Shown one piece after another: positions 7,945 through 16,816 of a stretch of DNA of 32,000 bases (the stretch's first letter is position 1; the number at the start of each line of letters is the position of its first letter). The notes beneath the pieces were generated by a model. That model worked only from the letters and a program-made list of their open reading frames with translations, had not been told where the DNA came from and ran no database searches. Made by a program: the position numbers and the translations under genes. The stretch is taken from NCBI RefSeq assembly GCF_018263925.1, contig NZ_JAEVHF010000011.1:66119-98118 (forward strand), in the 5' to 3' direction. Source of the DNA: Kistimonas asteriae. Lineage in GTDB: Bacteria > Pseudomonadota > Gammaproteobacteria > Pseudomonadales > Endozoicomonadaceae.

Positions 7945-9296
7945 AATCTCTCCTGATCCTGATGGGTACTGTGCTTGCCTTAACCGCACAGACCAGCGCC
8001 GCCGAAACAGCAGCCTCCAGTACGCCGCTGGATGAACTGGTAGCCTCTGTACAGGAAGCACGAAAAAAGGAAATCGCACGAAACAGCGAACGGGAACAAA
8101 AGTTCCTGAATGCGCACCAGCAACAAAAAGCGCTGCTTAAAGAAGCTCAAGATACATTTTCCGCACTACAGAAAAAAAACAGCAACCTCAAACAATCACT
8201 GGCCGAAGACAAGAAAATACTGGCTAAGCTGGAGCAGGAACAACAGACACTGCTACACGAAAGCCGCCTGTTAACGGAAGCTATCAAAGACGAAGCCGGA
8301 CGCCTGAGTCGCAGCTTCAACCATTCCGTTCTCCCTGCATTCAACGCTGACCGATCAGCGCGTCTCAACCAGCTGGCACTGAACCGCACCGTCCCGTCCC
8401 GTGAGCAGCTTTATCAGTATTGGGAAGACCTCAACACCATCCTGGCGGACAGTAGCCGTATAACCCGGACAACAACCACCATCACACGAAGTACCGGTGA
8501 CCCCATCACTGCCCCTGTCACCTTTATTGGCCCCTTTACAGCCGTCAGTAATGGTAACTTTCTGCGTTACTACCCTGAAACCGGTCAGCTTGGTATTCCG
8601 GTCAAACAACCCCGTTTCAATCTTCGAATCGATGCAGAAGGCTTCGAACGGTCTCATGAACCCATGGCATTAATGGCCATTGATCCAGGCCGCGGGAAAC
8701 TGCTGGAACAGCTGGAAACCAGCCCGTCCATCATTGAACGAATTGACCAGGGCGGCTTTATTGCCTGGCTGATTATCGCTCTTGGGGCTTTCGGTGTCGG
8801 GCTTCTCATCACTCGTCACATGAGCCTGATGCGTGAAAATCGTCGTATACAGCAGCAACAGGTGCATATGGACGACCTGAGCCGCAGCAATGCCCTGGGC
8901 AGGGTGCTGATGGCCTGGGAAAAACATCGTCAGCAGGGATCACCAGAGAATCTCGAACTCCGCCTAGACGAAGCCATCATGGCGGAAATACCGCGCCTCG
9001 AAAGCTGGCAAAGCGCGATCAAACTGATGGCAGCTATTGCCCCCATGCTGGGTCTGCTGGGCACCATTACCGGCATGATCCGAACTTTTCAGGGTATGTC
9101 TGGCAATGCGGGTCAGCACCTGATGGCCGTCGGGATATCCCAGGCACTGATCACAACCGCCATTGGCCTGATGGTCGCCATTCCACTGCTGCTGGGACAC
9201 GCTTTCCTGACCAATCGCAGCCGGCAACTCGTCCTCCTGCTGGATCGTCAGGCGGCAGGACTGATGGCTGAGCACCTGGAGAAAAAGGCATGCTGA
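7941..9296 (+). CDS. ttpC: Large MotA/TolQ/ExbB-family proton-channel protein (TtpC-like)
   Basis: 451 aa with a signal peptide and a long periplasmic coiled-coil N-terminal half. The C-terminal half carries the MotA/ExbB-type TM bundle (AIAPMLGLLGTITGMIRTF...ALITTAIGLMVAIPLL). ATGA overlap with the upstream gene. Confidence 0.8.
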   Translation: MKSLLILMGTVLALTAQTSAAETAASSTPLDELVASVQEARKKEIARNSEREQKFLNAHQQQKALLKEAQDTFSALQKKNSNLKQSLAEDKKILAKLEQEQQTLLHESRLLTEAIKDEAGRLSRSFNHSVLPAFNADRSARLNQLALNRTVPSREQLYQYWEDLNTILADSSRITRTTTTITRSTGDPITAPVTFIGPFTAVSNGNFLRYYPETGQLGIPVKQPRFNLRIDAEGFERSHEPMALMAIDPGRGKLLEQLETSPSIIERIDQGGFIAWLIIALGAFGVGLLITRHMSLMRENRRIQQQQVHMDDLSRSNALGRVLMAWEKHRQQGSPENLELRLDEAIMAEIPRLESWQSAIKLMAAIAPMLGLLGTITGMIRTFQGMSGNAGQHLMAVGISQALITTAIGLMVAIPLLLGHAFLTNRSRQLVLLLDRQAAGLMAEHLEKKAC

Positions 9297-9838
9297 TCCC
9301 CTTGCCGATTCTCGACTACCTCACCCGTGGCGGCTGGGTACTCTGGATCGTGTTCGGACTGACCAGTGTCATGCTGACGCTGCTATCTGAACGCTTTACG
9401 TACCTTGCCTGGCACTGGAAAAAGCGTCATCGCAAAATCATTACGCTCTGGCGAACCAGAACAGATCGTTCATCATGGCGCGCGCGCAAGGTACGTGAAA
9501 CGCTGCTGGCCCGCGAACAGGCCGTAATGGAAGCCGGGTTCCCTGTCATTAAAGGCTTGATTGCCATCTGCCCTTTGACCGGATTGCTGGGAACAGTCTC
9601 CGGCATGATCACACTGTTTGAACGGATGGGTTACCACGGCCTCACCGTTGGCCCGATGCTGCTGGAAAGTCTGTCGCGGATAACCCTCCCCACCCTGGCG
9701 GGCATTCTGGTCACCATTGTCGGCGTATATGCCTACACCTGGTGCCTGCGACTGGCTGAACGCCGGCAACACCGATTGGCGGATGCGCTCACACTGTCGG
9801 ATCCAGCCGCAAGCCTTCGTTCGGCCAACGCAGGATAA
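9290..9838 (+). CDS. exbB: ExbB/TolQ-family proton channel subunit
   Basis: 182 aa containing LIAICPLTGLLGTVSGMITLF and TLPTLAGILVTIVGVYAY, the signature TM2/TM3 region of MotA/TolQ/ExbB. Overlaps the ttpC stop. Confidence 0.85.
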   Translation: MLIPLPILDYLTRGGWVLWIVFGLTSVMLTLLSERFTYLAWHWKKRHRKIITLWRTRTDRSSWRARKVRETLLAREQAVMEAGFPVIKGLIAICPLTGLLGTVSGMITLFERMGYHGLTVGPMLLESLSRITLPTLAGILVTIVGVYAYTWCLRLAERRQHRLADALTLSDPAASLRSANAG

Positions 9839-9853
9839 TCAGAGGGATACCGA

Positions 9854-10264
9854 ATGCGTGCCCGACGCCATATCACAACGGACGCTGAAGACACCGGCAT
9901 CGATATGACGCCAATGCTGGATGTCGTCTTTATCATGCTGATTTTCTTTATCACCACGGCGACGTTTATTCAGCAGTCAGGCATTACGCTGGAGCGTCAG
10001 GAAGCCGTGACCGCACAACCTATTCAGGGTCAGGCGACAACGATCAGCCTGACAGAAGCCGCCAGCATCCATATTGATGGCGATACCATCGAACCGACCA
10101 ACCTGAAACGCTACCTGATCAAACGCCTCCTGCCCGGCACCGCCATTATCATTGATTCTGATCGCAAGGCGCCTGGCGGCCTGTTAATTCAGGTGATCGA
10201 TATTGTCCGCCAGGCCGGTTTTGACGACATTACGCTGGCGGCAAAACCAGGGCATGTGCAATGA
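9854..10264 (+). CDS. exbD: ExbD/TolR-family protein
   Basis: 136 aa. The N terminus DMTPMLDVVFIMLIFFI is the classic ExbD/TolR TM with the conserved Asp. GAGGGA lies upstream of the ATG. Confidence 0.88.
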   Translation: MRARRHITTDAEDTGIDMTPMLDVVFIMLIFFITTATFIQQSGITLERQEAVTAQPIQGQATTISLTEAASIHIDGDTIEPTNLKRYLIKRLLPGTAIIIDSDRKAPGGLLIQVIDIVRQAGFDDITLAAKPGHVQ

Positions 10265-10887
10265 ACCATGTGCTGGCCGGGCTGTCCGTGACCCTGCTGC
10301 TGTTTCTCATGATGCAGTGGATGGTTGAACCGGACAAATCGGCTGACAGCGGCACTCAAACCGTTTCAGTCAATGCCCCAAGGGTCAATCAGGCGTTGGC
10401 AGGAACAACATCGGACAATCACAGGTCTGAGAATCAGGTAAAAAAAGCACCCGATAGCCTGCCACGGCCTGGCTTCACGCCGTCGCTCAGTACGGTCAGC
10501 AGCTTGCACTCAGGCGTCAGTGGTAGCCTTTTTGCGCCACCGGACGCCGAATCCCTGCTGAGTACTCTCGAAGCGCCGGGGTTAGCCGGAAAATCCGGAA
10601 GCAATATCCCTACCATCAACCCCGACGCCCTGCCACTGGCCAGCCTGGATCCAGACTATCCGCGTCAAGCCGTCAATCAAGATCAAAGCGGCTGGGTGAA
10701 AGTCCGTTTTACCGTGACCGAACAGGGAACTGTGGATGACATCCGGATCATTGAAGCCAACCCGAAAGGTGTGTTTGAGCAGGCCGCCCTCAAAGCCGTT
10801 CGCGAATACCGTTTCAGGCCCCGTATGGTCAACGGAAAAGCGGTTCCTCAACGGGCAGAGCGAACCATCAGGTTTCAACTGCAATGA
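10261..10887 (+). CDS. tonB: TonB-family energy transducer (TonB2 type, no Pro-rich EP/KP spacer)
   Basis: 208 aa with an N-terminal TM (LSVTLLLFLMMQW). C-terminal TonB domain: YPRQAVNQDQSGWVKVRFTVTEQGTVDDIRIIEANPKGVFEQAALKAVREYRFRP. ATGA overlaps on both sides. Confidence 0.88.
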   Translation: MNHVLAGLSVTLLLFLMMQWMVEPDKSADSGTQTVSVNAPRVNQALAGTTSDNHRSENQVKKAPDSLPRPGFTPSLSTVSSLHSGVSGSLFAPPDAESLLSTLEAPGLAGKSGSNIPTINPDALPLASLDPDYPRQAVNQDQSGWVKVRFTVTEQGTVDDIRIIEANPKGVFEQAALKAVREYRFRPRMVNGKAVPQRAERTIRFQLQ

Positions 10888-12143
10888 CTATTTTGGGGAT
10901 CATTCGAACACTGGTCGTGAATAAGCGCATATCCCTTGTTCGGGCATTCCAGCTCTACATTCTGCTGATACCAGCACTCTCGCTGATCACACCCGAAGCC
11001 CATGCTGGTAAGGCGCTACAACAACTGCTGGCTGACATACAGCTTTTCATCACAGCCGGGCGTTACGAGAAGGCACAGATGGATGCGGAAGTCTTGCTGG
11101 AACAAACCAAACCCGGCTCACAAAAACGGGCGATGGTACTGCGTACCCTAACCCAGATTGCCATGCTGCAGGGCGACTATACGACAACCAGCAATCATAT
11201 CCTCGAATTGCTGGATAATTACACGTTGCCCAATGACCTGCGCATTACCCTGGAAACGTCCCTTGCCCAGGCCTGGCTGCAACAGGGCAAGGTGGATAAC
11301 GTCATTGACCGTTTAACGCCTTTGCTGAATAACGAACAATTGTCTGTTAACAATCCCCTGCCCTGGATGATTCTGGCGTCAGCCCTGGTATCCAAGGAAC
11401 GTTATGCCGAGGCCCTGCCAACCATGACAAAAGCCATCGCCCTCCATCGTCAACCGCCTATCGCCTGGCATGAATTATTACTCAGTATTCAGTTTCAGCT
11501 TGAAGCCTATGAGGACAGTATTGTCACCGTTAAAACCCTACTGGATTACCGCCCGAATCGGGCACGCTACTGGCGTCAACTGGCCAGCCTCTACCTGATG
11601 CTTGATCAAACGGATGAAGCCCTGGCCATCATGGAAACAGCAGCATCACATGATCTTCTGAATCGACTGTCTGATATTGGCCAGATGACCTGGCTGCGAC
11701 AAAGCAATGGCCAACCCTCTGAAGCTGCCAGACACCTTGCCCGCGCCCTTGAAAACGGCACCCTTGCCAACCATGCTCAACACTGGGAGCAACTCGGGGA
11801 ACTCTGGCTCAGTGCCCGAGAAACTGAGCGGGCTATCAGCGCCTTTGCCAAAGCGGGAGAACACGCCGACAACGGTCAGCCGTGGCAGCGTCAGGCCGAA
11901 TTACAAATACATATCCAAGACTGGCAGGGTGCTTCTGCCAGCCTTTCCAGGGCCATTGAGAAAGGCGAACTGCAAGATTCTGGCAAAGCGTGGCTACTGC
12001 TGGGCTATCTGTATCTCAAGAGTGATAATATTGATCAAGCGACCAAAGCCTTCCAGAACGCCACTGACTGGGAGACCGTGCAGGATGATGCCCGACAATG
12101 GCTGACCTGGCTCGCCCAATCCAACGGCCAACCGAACGACTGA
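10884..12143 (+). CDS. ttpD: TPR-repeat protein closing the TonB2-type cluster (TtpD-like)
   Basis: 419 aa with an N-terminal hydrophobic segment and repeated TPR-like A/L/Y/W helical pairs (e.g. YWRQLASLYLMLDQTDEALAIME, AWLLLGYLYLKSDNIDQATKAFQNA). Translationally coupled to tonB through an ATGA overlap. Confidence 0.75.
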   Translation: MTILGIIRTLVVNKRISLVRAFQLYILLIPALSLITPEAHAGKALQQLLADIQLFITAGRYEKAQMDAEVLLEQTKPGSQKRAMVLRTLTQIAMLQGDYTTTSNHILELLDNYTLPNDLRITLETSLAQAWLQQGKVDNVIDRLTPLLNNEQLSVNNPLPWMILASALVSKERYAEALPTMTKAIALHRQPPIAWHELLLSIQFQLEAYEDSIVTVKTLLDYRPNRARYWRQLASLYLMLDQTDEALAIMETAASHDLLNRLSDIGQMTWLRQSNGQPSEAARHLARALENGTLANHAQHWEQLGELWLSARETERAISAFAKAGEHADNGQPWQRQAELQIHIQDWQGASASLSRAIEKGELQDSGKAWLLLGYLYLKSDNIDQATKAFQNATDWETVQDDARQWLTWLAQSNGQPND

Positions 12144-12156
12144 TAACGATTCCCTG

Positions 12157-14709
12157 ATGAGCAACACCTTGTCCTCCACCTTGCCCTCACTGCCTGTGAC
12201 CGAGGTACTGCCCGATATTGCCCATGCACTCTCACAGCATGACCGCCTGTTATTAAAAGCGCCTACCGGGGCCGGAAAAACGACACTGGTACCACTTTAC
12301 CTGCTCGACGCGGCCTGGCGTGGTGACGGCAAGATCCTGATGCTGGAACCCCGCCGACTGGCCACCCGGGCGGCCGCATCCCGCATGGCGCAGCTTCTGA
12401 ACGAACCGATCGGCAAAACCGTTGGCTACCGCATGCAGCTGGACAGCAAAACCAGTGGCGAAACCCGTATCGAAGTCATCACCGAAGGGATACTGACCCG
12501 CATGCTGCAGCATGACCCGGCACTCAGCGGTGTCAGCCTGGTGATCTTTGACGAATTCCATGAACGATCCCTGCAGGCGGATCTCGGACTGGCACTGGCG
12601 TTGCAATCCCAGCAAGGCTACCGCGAACCCGACGATCCATTAAAACTGCTGGTCATGTCCGCTACACTGGATACCCCCGGGCTGGCTGAATTGCTGGATT
12701 GTCCGGTCATTCACAGTGAGGGCCGGAGCTATCCGGTAACCGTCCACTACAGTGAGCGTCCACTCCCTCCCGGCGATATTCGTGCTGCCTGTGATTGCAT
12801 GGTGGATACCATTCGCCAGGTAATACATGAAGAAGAAGGTCATCTGCTGGCTTTTTTACCGGGTACTGCAGAAATCCGGAGAGTCGCTGACAGACTTCAG
12901 GACTATGGATTACCTGCACATGTCGATGTTTACCCATTACATGGCAGCCTTTCCCAGTCCGAACAGGATCAAGCCATACAACCGTCACCTGCCGGTCGCC
13001 GAAAAATCGTGCTGACCAGCGCCATCGCAGAAACCAGCCTGACCATTGAAGGCATCCGCCTGGTGGTGGATGCCGGATTGATGCGCATCCCCCGCTTTGA
13101 TCCACGTACCGGAATGACCCAGCTGGATACCATCCGGGTATCAAAAGCGAGTGCCGACCAACGCAAGGGCCGTGCCGGACGACTAACATCCGGCAAATGC
13201 TACCGTCTGTGGACAGAACAGGAGCACCAGCAGCTCTTACCCTTCTCTCCGCCTGAAATTACCGATGCGGATCTGGCTCCGGTTGTCCTGGAACTACTGA
13301 ACTGGGGCATGTCGGACTGTGATGAACCGAATTGGGTCACAGCACCACCGAAAGCAGCGGTTGAACAGGGGTATCAATTGCTCGAAACACTCGGTGCGAT
13401 TGAGCACAAACATCATCGCTTGAGTATCACACCCCATGGACGAGCTATGGTGGAAACAGGACTTCATCCTCGCCTGGCCCATATGGTGTTAATCGCACGC
13501 CAACAGGGACAGGATTATCTGGCGGCGCAATTATGTGTACTGCTGACGGAAAAAGATCCTGTCCGAGGTTATGCGTCAGAACGTCCGCTGGACATCCGGT
13601 TACGACTGGCACTACTGGATGGTGAGCCCGTTTCCGGCCTCAGTGTTGATCAGCCAGCCGTTAAACAGATGCGACGACTGACTGCCCGCTGGGCACGACG
13701 TCTGCAAGCCAAAAGGCCAGCAGCCTACAGAACAGAGACCATTGCGACATTACTGGCATGTGCTTACCCGGATCGCATTGCACGTCGCAGAGCACAATCC
13801 GGACAGTTCCTCCTGAGTGCAGGACAAGGCGCTGCTGTGCCCGATCACGATCCACTGTCAGCGTCTGATTACCTCGTCATCCCCGCATTAGGCGGCCAAC
13901 GGAAACAGAGTAACGCCACAGCCTTTCTTGCCTGTGCACTGCAACCGGAACAGATCTCTGCCCTCTACCCTGATCGTCTTGAAACGCACGATAACATTGG
14001 TTGGGATAAATCCACCAAAAGCGTTATCGCGAACAGGGAGATTCGTTTTGGCGCTCTGGTTCTGGAGCGTCAGCCCCTAGCCTCCCCCCCTGCCGAAGCA
14101 ATGAGTACCGCGCTTATTGAGGGGATACGCCAAACAGGACTTCAGGCCTTACCCTGGACACGCGAAAGCGAACAAATACGGCAGAGAATCTGCTGTGTGG
14201 CGCAATTTGAACCTAGCTGGCCTGATGTCACAGAGGCTGCATTGCTGCAGTCGTTGGAAGATTGGCTTGCTCCCTTCCTGACAGGTATGACCAAGCTTGA
14301 CCATCTGAAAAAAATCGACCTTATCGCCTGCCTGAAAGCGCTGCTGGACTGGTCTTCCCAACAACACCTTGAACAGGAAGCACCTGATCGATTCAAAGTC
14401 CCCAGCGGCTCGCAAATCCGTATTGACTACAGCAATCCCGCTGACCCCAGATTATCCGTCAAACTTCAGGAGCTGTTTGGCTTACTGGAAACCCCTGTGA
14501 TCTGTTCAGGAAAGCTGCCGGTAACCATTGAGTTGCTGTCACCGGCCATGCGTCCGGTACAGACTACGCGGGATTTAAAGAATTTCTGGCACACCACCTA
14601 CCACGAGGTCAAAAAAGACCTGAAAGGACGCTACCCCAAACATTACTGGCCTGATGACCCATTCACGGCGGTGGCAACACACCGGGTTCATCCTGACAAA
14701 CAACGGTGA
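12157..14709 (+). CDS. hrpB: ATP-dependent RNA helicase HrpB (DEAH box)
   Basis: 850 aa, collinear with E. coli HrpB: APTGAGKTT, LEPRRLA(T/A)R, VGYRM, FDEFHERSLQADL, SATLD, TSAIAETSLTIEGIR, QRKGRAGR, and C-terminal ELLSPAMRPVQTTRDLKNFW...KGRYPKHYWPDDP. Confidence 0.95.
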   Translation: MSNTLSSTLPSLPVTEVLPDIAHALSQHDRLLLKAPTGAGKTTLVPLYLLDAAWRGDGKILMLEPRRLATRAAASRMAQLLNEPIGKTVGYRMQLDSKTSGETRIEVITEGILTRMLQHDPALSGVSLVIFDEFHERSLQADLGLALALQSQQGYREPDDPLKLLVMSATLDTPGLAELLDCPVIHSEGRSYPVTVHYSERPLPPGDIRAACDCMVDTIRQVIHEEEGHLLAFLPGTAEIRRVADRLQDYGLPAHVDVYPLHGSLSQSEQDQAIQPSPAGRRKIVLTSAIAETSLTIEGIRLVVDAGLMRIPRFDPRTGMTQLDTIRVSKASADQRKGRAGRLTSGKCYRLWTEQEHQQLLPFSPPEITDADLAPVVLELLNWGMSDCDEPNWVTAPPKAAVEQGYQLLETLGAIEHKHHRLSITPHGRAMVETGLHPRLAHMVLIARQQGQDYLAAQLCVLLTEKDPVRGYASERPLDIRLRLALLDGEPVSGLSVDQPAVKQMRRLTARWARRLQAKRPAAYRTETIATLLACAYPDRIARRRAQSGQFLLSAGQGAAVPDHDPLSASDYLVIPALGGQRKQSNATAFLACALQPEQISALYPDRLETHDNIGWDKSTKSVIANREIRFGALVLERQPLASPPAEAMSTALIEGIRQTGLQALPWTRESEQIRQRICCVAQFEPSWPDVTEAALLQSLEDWLAPFLTGMTKLDHLKKIDLIACLKALLDWSSQQHLEQEAPDRFKVPSGSQIRIDYSNPADPRLSVKLQELFGLLETPVICSGKLPVTIELLSPAMRPVQTTRDLKNFWHTTYHEVKKDLKGRYPKHYWPDDPFTAVATHRVHPDKQR

Positions 14710-14838
14710 ATAGCCATCATGGTGCACCGTTGACACAAACGGAGAGCGCTTCATGCGCTCTTTGGTTTGCCGCCCTTGACCTTATCATGGCAGTTATTAT
14801 TTACTCTTCGACTCATGCTCAACGATTGGCTGCCACGA

Positions 14839-15402
14839 ATGAACAAACAACGCTGCGAATGGTGCACGTCGGATCCACTGTATCAACACTACCATGATCA
14901 TGAATGGGGACGCCCTGTGCATGATGATCGCACGCTGTTTGAATTACTGATCCTTGAAGGGGCACAGGCAGGTCTCAACTGGCTGACGGTTCTGAAAAAA
15001 CGGGAAGGCTATCGGGCAGCATTTGATAATTTTGATGCTGAAAAGATCGCCCGTTATGATCAGGAAAAAATTGAAACACTGATGGCTGATAGCAACATTA
15101 TTCGTAACCGGCTGAAAATATTGTCAGCGATCAAAAATGCTCGCGCCTTTTTAACCATAGTTGATGAATTTGGCTCATTTAACGACTTCATGTGGCAATT
15201 TGTTAATTACGAACCTCGCCTGAACCATTGGAGTACTCAGGCGGAAGTCCCAGTCGTTTCACAAGAGTCAGAAACAATGAGTAAAAAATTGAAGAAGCAG
15301 GGATTCAGTTTTATTGGTCCAACAATCTGTTACGCCTATATGCAGTCCAGCGGTATGATAAACGACCATACTCAATACTGTTTTTTATACCATGGCAATT
15401 GA
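14839..15402 (+). CDS. tag: DNA-3-methyladenine glycosylase I
   Basis: I start at internal ATG 14839 (MNKQRCEWC...), giving 187 aa as in E. coli Tag. Matches: RC(E/G)W...DPLY..YHD.EWG.P, L(I/C)LEG.QAGL.W.TVLKKRE.YR, GPT(I)CY(A/S)(Y/F)MQ..G..NDH. The 24 extra N-terminal codons of track ORF 14767 have no counterpart. Confidence 0.92.
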   Translation: MNKQRCEWCTSDPLYQHYHDHEWGRPVHDDRTLFELLILEGAQAGLNWLTVLKKREGYRAAFDNFDAEKIARYDQEKIETLMADSNIIRNRLKILSAIKNARAFLTIVDEFGSFNDFMWQFVNYEPRLNHWSTQAEVPVVSQESETMSKKLKKQGFSFIGPTICYAYMQSSGMINDHTQYCFLYHGN

Positions 15403-15608
15403 AAAGAGGGCGTCACTGGTTATCCAGATAGCATTCTAGACATCAGAACTCTATATATCCCTAAAGATTAGACACAATAAAATAATTGCATTGAAAACTT
15501 GATTTGCATGCTAGCCATGCAATATAAATCATGTAAGTAGCATCAATATAATCCTCGTTTTCACGCAGCCAAACCCCAAAATAAATCCCTAAAAATTCAT
15601 CCTGCAAT

Positions 15609-15657
15609 CTGGCAATATCAACAGCATCACCTACACTCCAGCATCAAGTCGATATTG
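15609..15657. repeat. Conserved noncoding element, copy 1 (about 150-195 bp upstream of the secreted-protein gene)
   Basis: CTGGCAATATCAACAGCATCACCTACACTCCAGCATCAAGTCGATATTG versus copy 2 CTGGCAATATTAAAGCCATCACCTACACTCCTGCATCAAGCCAATGATA. The core CATCACCTACACTCC is identical in both. Flanking intergenic DNA is much less similar. Confidence 0.6.
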
Positions 15658-15802
15658 CGTGAAGTCTAGCCATATCGACTACACCAGCAGACTGCTTACT
15701 ATATACAAACCTCTCTTTTGGCATGGGTTGAATATAGAAAGCAAGCGGCTTGGGCACGTGCAATGGATTTTGTGTTAATACTGATATTGGGTGAGATGTA
15801 CC

Positions 15803-16264
15803 ATGAAGATAGTCCGACTATATCCCTTATTTTTTTTCTCGCTGCTTTTGGCCTTATTTTCAAATGCCCACGATGAGCCGATTGAAAAAAGTGCCAATCA
15901 CAATGACCGAACGCTAGTTCGCCGGGCAGATTTAGCAGAAATTTCAGTAAAATTTTTACCAGGCACTGCTTATTTGGCTTACATCTACGCACGCAACAGT
16001 GAAACTGGCGTTCTCCATAATTATGGAACTTATTATGTTAACTCGCACTGGCATACCTTTTTGCCCGTTGGCTCAAGGTTCAAGATCACTGTGCTCGGTG
16101 CAGGAAAGCACTGTCGCTTTTTCACTGTAGTCAATCCTACACACTCACAACTTGAGTTTTGGGGATCGTCAGACCATTCAAAATATGAACATGTTTCTGG
16201 TGATGCTGTAGTGCTTGATGATTTTTACACAACACACGCTGTTTATGGATGCCCTGATCCGTAA
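15803..16264 (+). CDS. Small secreted protein, unrecognised family, paralog 1 (two conserved Cys, C-terminal CPDP)
   Basis: 153 aa from ATG 15803; the track's GTG start at 15791 adds MRCT. GGGTGAG lies 7 nt upstream. Signal peptide MKIVRLYPLFFFSLLLALFSNA followed by HD. About half of the mature residues are identical to the downstream paralog. Confidence 0.7.
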   Translation: MKIVRLYPLFFFSLLLALFSNAHDEPIEKSANHNDRTLVRRADLAEISVKFLPGTAYLAYIYARNSETGVLHNYGTYYVNSHWHTFLPVGSRFKITVLGAGKHCRFFTVVNPTHSQLEFWGSSDHSKYEHVSGDAVVLDDFYTTHAVYGCPDP

Positions 16265-16304
16265 ATGGTTATACCAATCACGTGGATACTCTACAATAGC
16301 ACTC

Positions 16305-16334
16305 GAACAAACCTCACCTATGTGAGGTTTGTTC
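16305..16334 (+). terminator. Perfect 13-bp stem-loop downstream of paralog 1 (putative terminator, no U-tract)
   Basis: GAACAAACCTCAC (16305-16317), loop CTAT, GTGAGGTTTGTTC (16322-16334), 40 nt after the stop codon. The hairpin is followed by ATAGCAAG, so it is not a canonical intrinsic terminator. Confidence 0.45.
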
Positions 16335-16621
16335 ATAGCAAGAAAAAGTTATATCCTGCATTTTTTATAATCACATTTCATTCATGAAAAATCAAAAAAT
16401 AACAGACAGCTGTCATAAATTATGAAATAGATTTATGCAGGCAAAATTGAAGCTATCCCAGAAGATTCCTACCCGCACCACTCTCTTTAATTTTGCAAAA
16501 ACCCTTTAAACAAAAAAATTCATTTTTGGCAAACCACAATAAAACTCAAGATGCTTTTCCAGCATACAGCATAGTCACGAGCCTGTTTTTTGATATAGAC
16601 GCAGAAATTGCCTCCTCTCTT

Positions 16622-16670
16622 CTGGCAATATTAAAGCCATCACCTACACTCCTGCATCAAGCCAATGATA
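16622..16670. repeat. Conserved noncoding element, copy 2
   Basis: See copy 1. It sits at the same distance from the start codon of paralog 2. Confidence 0.6.
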
Positions 16671-16816
16671 TGAACATGGGACACATTGGCTATAGCAGCA
16701 TTGTGAATTGCACCATTCCAACCCTGTGATTTTCATCCGCATGGCGCGAATGATGCAAACAATAGACTGAACACATGCCGCGGGTTTTTAATCCCAAAAT
16801 TTGAGTGAGATGTACG

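Noticed and set aside
12253-14415. Minus-strand ORFs inside hrpB (for example 12253..12615, 12707..13189, 14149..14415)
   Set aside because: hrpB is collinear with E. coli HrpB along its whole length. The antisense ORFs have no motifs.
14767-14838. N-terminal 24-codon extension of the tag ORF (track start 14767)
   Set aside because: E. coli Tag starts just before the RCxW zinc-ligand motif and is 187 aa. The internal ATG at 14839 reproduces this, while the extension (MPPLTLSWQLLFTLRLMLNDWLPR) has no counterpart.
15699-15992. 97-aa minus-strand ORF overlapping the start of secreted paralog 1
   Set aside because: It has no equivalent ORF in the second copy of the duplicated module. The plus-strand ORF, by contrast, is conserved in both copies.
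16493-16729. 78-aa plus-strand ORF (TTG start) spanning the conserved upstream element of copy 2
   Set aside because: In copy 1 the same frame is open for only about 25 codons and has no start codon, so the element is not conserved as plus-strand coding sequence.
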